Source: Nostoc punctiforme PCC 73102
GTDB taxonomy: Bacteria; Cyanobacteriota; Cyanobacteriia; Cyanobacteriales; Nostocaceae
Reading direction: 5' to 3'
Assembly (NCBI RefSeq): GCF_000020025.1
Contig: NC_010628.1
Coordinates: 1,560,001 to 1,592,000 of the forward strand
Length of the DNA stretch: 32,000 bases
Positions 1 through 10,100 of this stretch are shown in pieces. Each line of letters starts with the position of its first letter. The first letter of the stretch is position 1. The notes below the pieces were generated by a model. The model worked only from the letters and a program-made list of their open reading frames with translations, did not search any database and had not been told where the DNA came from. The position numbers were made by a program, and so were the translations under genes.

Positions 1-475
1 GTAAAGCTTGCTGAATACGCTTAATGGCTGCTTCGACCCGAGCAGGAGATAAGCCACCAGCACCAAATGAACTTAAAATTTTCTCTTTGCCAAGGGCAAT
101 TACCAGTTCTTCAGAAGCAATCCCTTGAGCCATTGCGCCCGTGGCATAAGCGTATTTTACACCATGAAATTTGAGAAAAGTTGAATCGCCTAATTGCCGA
201 GTTGACAGAGGTGGAGTAGATACTAATATTTCTGCCTGTCCTGTTTTTCCTTGGTTGCAAGGATATAGATAACCTTCGTTAGTTGCACCAACTTTTCCTT
301 CAACTCTAATAATATAACAAGGCTTTTCTAAATTTAGAAGCTTAGATTTTATGCCTTTTTCGTTAAAAGATACAAAATCTAAAATACCTTGCCAAACTTG
401 ATTTTGTTGGGAAATATAGTCTGAAATTTTTAGGTAGTTACCATTGTTATTTAGTATATTATCTGCACCAATCAT
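1..475 (-). CDS. PfaD/HglD-like trans-acting enoyl reductase (FMN, 2-nitropropane-dioxygenase-like) of PUFA/Hgl-type synthases; 5' part only, gene continues past the left window edge
   Basis: Own minus-strand translation from ATG (475-473): MIGADNILNN...STRQLGDSTFLKFHGVKYAYATGAMAQGIASEELVIALGKEKILSSFGAGGLSPARVEAAIKRIQQAL. The Y-x-x-GAMA-x-GIAS...FGAGGL pattern is the PfaD-family hallmark. GGAGG Shine-Dalgarno lies 9 nt upstream (485-489 on the complement). Same strand and directly downstream of the two PKS genes. Confidence 0.8.
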   Translation of the reverse strand, partial: MIGADNILNNNGNYLKISDYISQQNQVWQGILDFVSFNEKGIKSKLLNLEKPCYIIRVEGKVGATNEGYLYPCNQGKTGQAEILVSTPPLSTRQLGDSTFLKFHGVKYAYATGAMAQGIASEELVIALGKEKILSSFGAGGLSPARVEAAIKRIQQAL

Positions 476-571
476 CTTTTTTAACCTCCAGTTCCAGAAA
501 ATTGTTTACCAGATAATGTTTGAAGAATTTACAGCAGATTTTATACTGATTACCTGTGAGGTTGCTCTAGA

Positions 572-593
572 ACAAGGGGCTTAAGCCCCTTGT
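572..593. repeat. Perfect 22-nt palindrome ACAAGGGGCTTAAGCCCCTTGT in the spacer between the CLF-AT gene and the enoyl reductase gene
   Basis: Read directly. It can form a 9-bp stem with a TTAA loop on either strand. Confidence 0.9.
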
Positions 594-660
594 CTTACTA
601 AACTTGATTGTGTACCAATTATTTATTCAAATAATCTGGTTACTTTGCTGCTTTAAATGA

Positions 661-3600
661 TTATGATTCAAATAACTTTTGATAACAAGCTATTTGCAAC
701 TGAATGATGACGCTAATTTGCTTTAGTGACTCCTGTCGTGCTTGTAAAAAGACAGCATGAGCTTTGGTCATCCTGGAAGCGTTCTCACTCAGCTTTTGAT
801 AGTAAGGACTGTGTAAATTGAGCAAATTGGTTTCGTCAACAATGCTGGATGTTTTCAAACTAGGGGTCAAAGCGAATTGATTATTTTCCTGTTCTGTTAC
901 CAAATTTTCGTTAATTTGTAATTTTTCTACACTTTCATTGCGTTCTTGTAACAATAACTGAGTAGGTTGGCTGCTATTTTGAAAGTTAACTTGCTCTTGG
1001 AGACTTTCTAGATTTCTAGAGGTGTTTTCAAGACTTTTGGTAGGATTAGAGAGCAAAGAAGAATTCATTTTTGGAAATTCCTTTAATTCTGATAGTTGAG
1101 ATTGCTGCTGATTAACAGTTTTGATGGGATATCTAAAAGAGATATCTTGAAGGATTTCTTGATTTTTTTTATTCAAAGATGTGTAACTAATCTTGGTATT
1201 GTCCAAGGTTATAGTTTTCACACTAGGTTGGCTTTGGTTGAAAATTTCTGGCTCTTGAGAATATAGTGGTGATAAATCCAGATCAACTCTGTGGCTGAGG
1301 AGTTTGGCTAAAGCTTTGATAATAGAAGCATGATCGTCTACACCTCTTTTATTAAGAGACACTGTGATGTGTTCTTTTGCATTAAGGGTTTTATCAATCC
1401 ATCTAGAACAGTTACTACCAGCACCTACTTCGAGGAATATTTTGAAGCCATCTTCATAGACGCGATTAATTAGCTGAGGAAAATTAAGCTGTTGACAGAG
1501 ATTTTGAGCAATATTGTGAGCAATAGAATGGCTATCAAGGTCAATGGGTTTATACTCAGCTGCGGAATAGAAAATAGTCTCTGGGATGTTTCGGCTAGGT
1601 AATGTATTTAATCTCACAAGTTCATCGTACTCAGAGCGCATTGCCTCGCAATGAATTACATGGGTGAAGGGAGCAGAAAAAGCATTACAATTTAGGCTAG
1701 CGATAACTCGCTGACAGGCTTGGATTTCACCAGCGATCGCAACTTCTTCTGTAGTGTTAATTAAAGGCAAATAGACGCGGTTTTCATATTTGATAGTTTC
1801 CTGAACGCGGGATACTGGACACATGAGAATATAATTGCGCCAAAAATCTTCGCCTTGTTGATTCTGCTCTTGAGGTAATCCCCAATACTCGCGCACAGCA
1901 TTTTTTTCACCAGATAGCCTTGTCTTCAGCAGAGATGATGAGTTAAAGCCCTCGCTACCTTCTTGAAACTGAGTCCAGACACCCTGAGCCAACATCATAC
2001 TGATTTCGCCCAAGCTATAACCAAAAGCACATTCGGATTTGAGTTGGAAATAATTTTTCAGAATTGCTGTCATGAGTCCAGCACAGGCCATCTCTGATTC
2101 GAGTACTGCTACTGAATCATTGAGCAATTGCTGTTCGAGGACTTCTAATTGCCTGTTTGACAATTTTTCTAAGCTTCGGGGATAAATAAGTTTTTCTACG
2201 TTGGCGACACGGTTGTAGATGCTTCTGATGAAAGGATCGTCGTAAAGTTGAGGGAATAAGCGAAACAGATTCCGACCTAGACCGATATAAGCACTAAAGG
2301 CACCTGGGTAAACGAAAGCAATTTTACTTTTTTGACCTAGTGGTTTTGCTGTAAAATAGCTGCCTAGAGGACTTTGCCAGTCTTTCCCTGTCTTGAAGGC
2401 ATTGACAATACCCTTGAGGGAGTGCTGAATTTCGCGCTGCAATTCATCTTGATTGTGTCCGAGAATTGCTACTGCATAAGTTGCCTGTTGATGCTGTTGA
2501 AAAGCTTTAAAAGTCAGCCTAGCAGCAGTAGATAGGGAAGAACAATTTTGAATGGTTTGTTGAAGAGTACGGATTTCCTCTAATAGGGTTGATTGATCGT
2601 CAGCTGCGATCGCAAACACATAGTAAGGCATTTGCTCTAAATACCTGCTGCTGTGATGTTGCTGATATACTTCCTCTGACAAAATTAAATGTGCATAACT
2701 CCCATCTATCTCCATCCCGTTAATCGCAGCTATTCTTCTAGTGGCTCCTTTTTCTAAAAACCAGGGTTTTGATTCAGAAGCGACATAAAAGGGACTATCT
2801 CGCCAAATCTCTGGCATTTTAGGACCAGACCACTGGGGAACTGCGGGAATGTAACGATGATACAGGCAAAGTGCTGTTTTAATCAGGCTAACTATCCCCG
2901 ATGCAGCATAGGTATGACCTATATTTGCTTTAATACTCCCGATCGCACAAGTTAAATTTGGCTCAAATGTGCGATAAGCTGCGAGCAACCCTTGAATTTC
3001 TGACTCATCTTGCTGGGGAATTCCACTACCAACAACTTCCAAATAGTTGATATCTCTTGGTTTGATATCTGCAAGATGAAAAGCCTGTTGACAAGCCTGG
3101 GCTATCATTTCAGAATTTGGAACCGTGAGAGAGTGAATTTTAGATTTTGAATTTTCCACAAGACTAAGAGCGTCAATCGTTGCATATATGCGATTGTTCT
3201 CTCGTTTTGCTGTTTCGTGGAGCTTCAATACTACAGCCGCCGCACCCTCACCGACTATCCAGCCATTGGCTTTCTGGTCGTAACTGAGAGTATTCACACC
3301 TGTGTTAACTTTTGTTATTTCATTTCGTTGTAAAACACTAGCGCCATCCCCAGCAAGGTCAATCGCACCGACTAAAACAGCGTCTACTTCTCTGATTGCG
3401 AGTAGCTTTTGGGCAAGCTCCAAGGCTTTAAAAACAGAATTTTGTTCGGCAATTAATGTGAATGTCGGTCCAGCAAAATTCCACAGTTTGGAAATATAAT
3501 TAGCTGGACTGTTTTCGATGTAGTCGGTATATTCATTATCTTCAACTTGCTCTTTTTGTTGATGCAGAGTTAGATCTTTAGTAATAGCAATAATAATTGC

Positions 3601-3972
3601 TATTCTCGTACTTTTACGAAGTGCCGCATCTTTTAGAGCATTATCAGCAACCTGAAGCATCAACAGTTCTTGAGGGTTAAAATTGTCTACTTCTTCTGGT
3701 GGTATTTCTAAACTGAAAGTATCAATTTCAAAATCTTTAATATATGCACCTAATGGTGCTACACCATCGGGAAGACTGTAGTTTTTCAACAACTGTTGTT
3801 GTGCTTCTATTGCTTGCCATCGCTGAGGAGGTCTGGAAATAAAATGCTGAGTTCCCTCATAAATACTGCGTTCAAAGGTATCTAATCCCTTGCAGCCGCC
3901 ACCCAAATAGCAATCCATCCCTACAATCGCTATTTTATGAATTTTATTTTGTGCAAATTCTTCCATCACCAC
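661..3972 (-). CDS. KSQ/chain-length-factor-like ketosynthase fused to an acyltransferase-like domain, with a Q/N/S-rich C-terminal tail (HglG/PfaB-like subunit)
   Basis: 1103-aa ORF. The KS fold is present (IAIVGMDCY..., KANIGHTYAASG), but the active-site Cys position reads IAEQNS (Gln177, nt 3442-3444) when aligned to DAACASS of the upstream KS. The first catalytic His motif reads EVVGSGI instead of EAHGTGT. AT-like domain has FVYPGAFSAY and GYSLGE (Ser653, nt 2014-2016). Residues ~905-1103 are low complexity. Confidence 0.85.
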   Translation of the reverse strand: MVMEEFAQNKIHKIAIVGMDCYLGGGCKGLDTFERSIYEGTQHFISRPPQRWQAIEAQQQLLKNYSLPDGVAPLGAYIKDFEIDTFSLEIPPEEVDNFNPQELLMLQVADNALKDAALRKSTRIAIIIAITKDLTLHQQKEQVEDNEYTDYIENSPANYISKLWNFAGPTFTLIAEQNSVFKALELAQKLLAIREVDAVLVGAIDLAGDGASVLQRNEITKVNTGVNTLSYDQKANGWIVGEGAAAVVLKLHETAKRENNRIYATIDALSLVENSKSKIHSLTVPNSEMIAQACQQAFHLADIKPRDINYLEVVGSGIPQQDESEIQGLLAAYRTFEPNLTCAIGSIKANIGHTYAASGIVSLIKTALCLYHRYIPAVPQWSGPKMPEIWRDSPFYVASESKPWFLEKGATRRIAAINGMEIDGSYAHLILSEEVYQQHHSSRYLEQMPYYVFAIAADDQSTLLEEIRTLQQTIQNCSSLSTAARLTFKAFQQHQQATYAVAILGHNQDELQREIQHSLKGIVNAFKTGKDWQSPLGSYFTAKPLGQKSKIAFVYPGAFSAYIGLGRNLFRLFPQLYDDPFIRSIYNRVANVEKLIYPRSLEKLSNRQLEVLEQQLLNDSVAVLESEMACAGLMTAILKNYFQLKSECAFGYSLGEISMMLAQGVWTQFQEGSEGFNSSSLLKTRLSGEKNAVREYWGLPQEQNQQGEDFWRNYILMCPVSRVQETIKYENRVYLPLINTTEEVAIAGEIQACQRVIASLNCNAFSAPFTHVIHCEAMRSEYDELVRLNTLPSRNIPETIFYSAAEYKPIDLDSHSIAHNIAQNLCQQLNFPQLINRVYEDGFKIFLEVGAGSNCSRWIDKTLNAKEHITVSLNKRGVDDHASIIKALAKLLSHRVDLDLSPLYSQEPEIFNQSQPSVKTITLDNTKISYTSLNKKNQEILQDISFRYPIKTVNQQQSQLSELKEFPKMNSSLLSNPTKSLENTSRNLESLQEQVNFQNSSQPTQLLLQERNESVEKLQINENLVTEQENNQFALTPSLKTSSIVDETNLLNLHSPYYQKLSENASRMTKAHAVFLQARQESLKQISVIIQLQIACYQKLFES

Positions 3973-4128
3973 CTCCTCAAGCTGATGTATATATTTTGTA
4001 AGAATTCAGGAGTCAGAATAGTTAAAGAATCAGGATAAAATTTGATGAATCAATCATATTAGATTCCTTCTAAATCTAACTTCTGACTCCTTAATGCTGA
4101 ATTCTTATGACATTTCTCAGTTGCCTAT

Positions 4129-7100
4129 TTAAATTTCATCTAGTTGCTTGGGTAAAATAGTTCCCTTAGCACCAAGCATTCGGGTATATATTTTCCCTTG
4201 CTGATTATGGGCGATGACATCAACAACTAAACTCGATTCTGTCTTTGATTTTATTTCACAAGAAACGTAAAATGTTTCATCAAATGGAACGGCAGCAAAC
4301 TGTTCAAAAGTTTTGATTTCTGAAGGTAAACAAGCTACCTGATAAAAATGCTGCGCCCAAATCCAAAATGCATGAATCTGCACATCTGCAATGTAGGGAT
4401 TGAATGTTTGGACTGGGAATTGTCCTTGTTGTCTTTCTCCAGGCTCTGGCAAGTAGCATTCTATGGCGATCTTGTCCAGATTGGCATTTAAAACAGATTT
4501 TACACCTTGAAAGGTAAATCCGTGAAATAAGCTAGCTGCCCCATTTTGATAAAGTGATGAAGTCGTCGCGGTGATTTTATGATCCTGGCTTAAGTTCATA
4601 AATTCGTGTGTTGGGGGAATAAGAATTTCCCGCTTCAATTTCATCTGACTACTAAAATGATAACGGATTTTACCTTCTGGCGTTTTACTCCAGATTTTGG
4701 CATCAAAATCTATCTCATTAATATCATGTTTAGCAACTTCTTGCAATTCTAAAGTGTATTCAGTTGCTAAATTTTCATCAAATATTAGTCCCTTCAAAAC
4801 TTTATAATTTGTACAACTGAAGGCTTTATAACCAGGATAGATTTGTTCGCAAGCGTTAGCAATCCATAAGAGTCCACAAGTCGCGGGGAGAACTGGATAG
4901 CCAGCAATTACATGATCTTGTAAAAATGGATTAGCTGCTAATGTTAGTTGCCTCTGAATCCGAAAAGTTCTCAACTCGCTTGGTAACTTTTCTGGGATAT
5001 ATACTAAGGGACTACCAATTACAACTTGCACAGTTTCTTGATTGGTGCTAGCTAATTCATCAACTAACATTTCTGTACCAATATCAACAGGAATAGTCTC
5101 GATATTCCGTTCAGCAAAAGCTTGCTTTAATTCAGGAGAAACCATACCACTATCCCAAGGGCCCCAATTAATCGCTACTACATGAGAATGGGGATGGTTG
5201 CGTTTGACAAGGTGGGCTGATTTGTTGAGAATTTCATTAGCGATCGCATAATCTGACTGTCCCACGTTTCCGTAGAAACCAACTACAGAAGAAAACAGGA
5301 CTAAATAATTCAGTTGGCTAGGTGTTACACACCGCAACAGGTTTTCTAGACCTTTAACTTTGGCAGTGTAAACTGTTTCAAAATCTTGGACTGATTTTTT
5401 CTCAATCCGCTTATCAGCTAGATTTCCAGCCCCATGAATAATTCCTGTTACCGGGCCAAAACGCTTGACAGCATTAGCAACTTGCTCTTGAAGTGCGATC
5501 GCATCAGTCACATCAACATTTAAATATTCAGCTTTTCCACCCGCCTTGTTGATAGCTTGTAAGGTTGTAGCAATTTCGCGACTAGATGAAATAGCGTTAA
5601 ACTTTTTCTGCACCATTGCAGGTGTGGGTTTTTCGCCTTTGGCGAAGAAATCCTCCATAATCCGCTTTTTCAAATCTGCTTCGCTTAAGTAACCTTCAGT
5701 CCATACGGGTTCTGGATCGGCGGTGGAACGACCCACCAAGATAAATTTGCATTGATAACGCTGCGCTAGTTTAATCACACACTGAGCCGTTATCCCTTTC
5801 GCACCGCCGCTTACGAGAAATACTTGGGATTTGGCATTAGGGATGGGGAAAACGTTGGAGGAAAAAGTGTTGGGTGCAAAGGGGATTCCGTCGATTTCCT
5901 GCTCTCTATTTTTTTGTTCTTCCTGTTCACATACTAGGGTTACTCGCTCTTGTGAGTTATATCCCACTTCCACAACTAATAGATTTGGGTCGTGAAGTTC
6001 GGCGAGGATATGCTGTGCTGATGTTTCGGCATCTAAATCAGGACTGAGGTCAATGGCTCGGCAAAATACAGATTCCCATTCCTGGTTCAAACTTTTAGTA
6101 AGTCCGAATAGTCCAGCGCCAATTGCACCGAAGTTAGTTTTTTGTCCTAGTCCAAATTCGCCATCCAGACGAGCCACAGTTATAAAACTACTACGTCCTT
6201 GAACTGCTGCTTGATTGAGCGGTTCTTTAAGATATTTGGCGATGAGAAAGACATGGCGAAGGATGGCTTTTTCTGATTCTAGATAACGGACATGGTTGCT
6301 TATATCGTCGTGAGTGGAAGGATTCAGATGGATAAATGTAGCTATTTGTCCATAGTTAGTAGCGATCGCTCCTAACTGTTCTCGCAAATGCTCCTCACTC
6401 AAATCTGCAAGCACCACACGGCTAATCCCTTCAGGTAACGGAGATTGTTTAGCAATCACGGTTGAAGGAAAAGTTAAGACAACGGTTTTCCAGCCGCGTT
6501 TGAACAGAGTCTCAGCTAGTTTCGCCGTAGTCAGAGAACCATCATCGGTAAGCAAGGCGATATGGTTATCGGGTAAGGTGAAATCTAAAACATCAGGTTC
6601 GGGAAGATATTTGAGTCTGACAGGATTGCGAAGAATTGAGGATTGGGGACTGGGGGTTGGGCATTGGGGATTGGGAATTGGGGATTGGGAAAACTCTTTC
6701 CCGCTTTCTTGTGCTTTTTCTATATGTGCAACAATTTGTCCAAGGGTACGTAATTGAGCCAATGCTTCTGAATTCATCTTGGGTAAATCCGGGTATAGTT
6801 CTAGCAACGCTTCGAAAATTTCCACAAGTTTGACAGCATCAATTCCCAAATCTGTCTCTATATCCATCGACAAATCTAACATCGTCGTCGAATAGCCTGT
6901 CTTTTCACTAACGACATTGAACACAATGTTAGTAAGCTCTGGAGATGAGGGGGATGGTGGGGATGAGGAAGGTATTGCTGTTACTCCTCCATTTCCCTCA
7001 TCTCCCTTATCTTCTCCATCTCCTTCTGCTCCCTGCTCCCGTTCGGCTACGCTCACGGCAAGCCCGCTCCCTGAATCATTTGGGGCGTTGACAAAGCCCG

Positions 7101-10100
7101 TCGCAGGTATCGCACCAGAAATCTCAGATGCAATTTTCCCCATATATTCAGCTATTTGAGCCAGTGTGCGTAGCTGTCCTACTTCTTCGGGATCCGGCTT
7201 GGGCAAATCGGGATATAGTTCTAACAACGCTCCGAGAATTTCTACACGTTTGATCGAATCAATCCCCAAATCTGCCTCGATATCCATCGTTAGCTCTAAC
7301 ATCTCCGTTGGATAGCCGGTTTTATCACTAACGATATTAATTAAAGTTTCACTCAGGGTAGCTTGATCGATAATTAGTGGTGGTTCGGGTGCAATTTCTA
7401 TAGGTGCAGTATTCTCCTTTAATGGAGTAACATCCAGAACTGCTGTTGCTTGATGATGTGCGCCATTACCATTACCATTACCATTTGTGCCGTTACCATT
7501 AGTTAAAACTGGCTCCGATTTAGTGGCAAATCCGTTACTCGGTAAAGCAACCGGTGCAGTCTCCCGAACAGGATTATCCTCTTCGGCTGGTGGAGCTACT
7601 GGACTTGGTTGATAATTGACTGGCGGTATCAGATTCTGTTGAGTGGTATTGCTGGGCGACGGTTGATAATTTCGCTGAAGCAATTGGAAAAAGTTGTTAG
7701 TGTATTCTTGCTGATAGTTGAGATATTGCTCATGGATACGGAGACTATCAGTTTGATGCTCGTGAAACCGCATGATGCTGCGCTCTGAACTGGAGATTAC
7801 CAGTTGCTGTGTTTCTGTATGTGGTTCGCTGAATTTACTATTTCCCCACACCGCATGTTGTTGCTCCATGAGTTGGAAGAAGGTTTTAGTATATTCTGTC
7901 TGATTGTTTAAAGATTGTTCATGAACCTGCAAGATTTCATGTTGATTGCGACTGAAATCAATTAGGGAGTATTCTAAGTTATCTATAGCTCTTAAATAAC
8001 TTAGAGGAAGTTCTGAACTAGGTTGCAAAGACTTAATATCGAGTTGATCTGATTGCCCATTCTGCACAGATTTCACTCCACCGTTGACTGTTACTTTCTC
8101 TGCTGAATGAGAGGGGTTAGCTGTTACTGAGTGAGGTTTATTGCCATTTCCAACGGGAGATTGACCGTTGACAGCTACCTTCTCTGCTGAATGAGAGAAG
8201 TTAGGTTTATTACCATTAACATGATGCCCATTTTGCATAGCTTTTTCAAAGGACTGCTTGGTTTTTTCTGATACATAGTTAGTGCTATTTAAACGGACAT
8301 TCAAGAGCTGATTTGGAGAAGCTTCTGGGATTTTGTACTCCAGTTGATAGGGGTCTAAGTTTTGCAAAGGTAATCCAGCAACGCGTAACTGTAGAACAGC
8401 TTGCCGCAAAGTGCGATCGCTATCTTTGAGATGACTAGCATTTAAAGCTACAGCTAAATGAGGGCGATCGCTTAGGATATCTTTTACCAAGTTGGTAAGA
8501 ACGCTTCGCGGCCCAAATTCAATAAAGCAGTAACCGCCTTCAGCGTAAATATTTTCAATTTCTTGCTTAAACAGCACCTGATTTTTCAGGTGTTCTTTGA
8601 GGAGTTTTTGAATAACTTGCGGCTCATTCGGGTAACGCTTCCCGGTAACATTTGTATAAACCGGGATTTGTGGCTCATTAAAAGTAACTTTCTCAATTGC
8701 TCTAGCAAAGGGTTGCTGTGCATAAGCTACTAATGGAGTGTGAAAGGCTGCGGAAACTCCCAACAAAATGCTAGAGAACCCTTGAGTTTTCAGAGCCTCC
8801 TGTACATTAGCAATTTCAGCTTTCGTCCCTGCTAACACCATCTGATTTGGAGAATTCAAGTTAGCAATGGTGACTTGCGGGAAATTCTGAATTAGTTCTG
8901 TAACCTGATTTACATCCCCTTTGACCGCCAACATTGCTCCCGCATCCAACAGAGGATCTTTTGGTGCAGCCATCGCTTGACCTCTAGCTTTGACCAAGAA
9001 AAGGTAATCTTTCTCATTCAAAACTCCCGCAGCCCACAAAGCAGTCAGTTCTCCAAAGCTATGTCCGGCAACGAAATCTGGCTTAAACCCAGCCTGTTGC
9101 AATATCTTGTACAAACCAGCGCTAAAAGCTCCAATAGCCGGCTGTGCGTATTCTGTTTGCTGCAACACCTTCATCTGGGCAGTCTTTTGATCTAGATCAA
9201 ACACAGGGTTCGGGAAAACAACCTCCGAAAGGGGCTGCAAACCGTCTTCACGTAAAAGGTTATCAATTTGAGCATAAGTCTGCCCCAAGTCAGGGAAGTT
9301 AATTAGGAGTTCCCGACCCATTTCTAAGTATTGCGAACCTTGTCCAGAAAATAGGGCAACCACCTTCCCCTCTGTTGCTATGCCAGTTTTGCGATAGTAA
9401 ATTCCTTGGGGATATTCCCATGATTCTGCTTGCAGTTTGCTTGTGAGCAAGTCAATACTTGTTTGCAGCAAGTCACAAGCTTGAGTGAGAGAATCAGCAA
9501 CAAACCCAAGTCTGGCATTTGTAACCGGAATTTCTAAAGATTGAGAAGCCGCAATCAATTCTGTATAAAGCTGTTCTCCCGTATCTGATTGCAATTGCTG
9601 TCTAATTTCTTGAATGCGCGATAACAATTCTTCAGGTGTTGACGCAAATAGCAACACCGACTGAGAAGGTTTGTGTAAACGATAGGGTTGCTGATGTTGA
9701 CTTGTGTATTCTTCCAAAACGACGTGATAATTTGTGCCACCAAAGCCAAAAGAACTTACCCCTGCACGTCTTGGTTGGTCATCGCCACTAATCCAAGGTC
9801 TGGTTTCGGTATTTAAATAAAATGGGGAACTATCAATATCTAATTTAGGATGCGGTTTGGTGACATTAATCGTGGCTGGTAATACTTTGTGGTGTAAAGC
9901 TAAAGCCGTTTTGATTAGACTTGCCGCACCCGCAGCAGCTTTTGTATGTCCAATCTGCGATTTGACAGTTCCAAGAGCAATATGCTGTTTTTTGGGATTG
10001 TTCTCGCCAAAAACTTCTTTTATAGATGAGAATTCGGCGGGATCTCCAGCCATAGTACCAGTGCCGTGTGCTTCAATCAAACCAACACTTGTAGGCGAAA

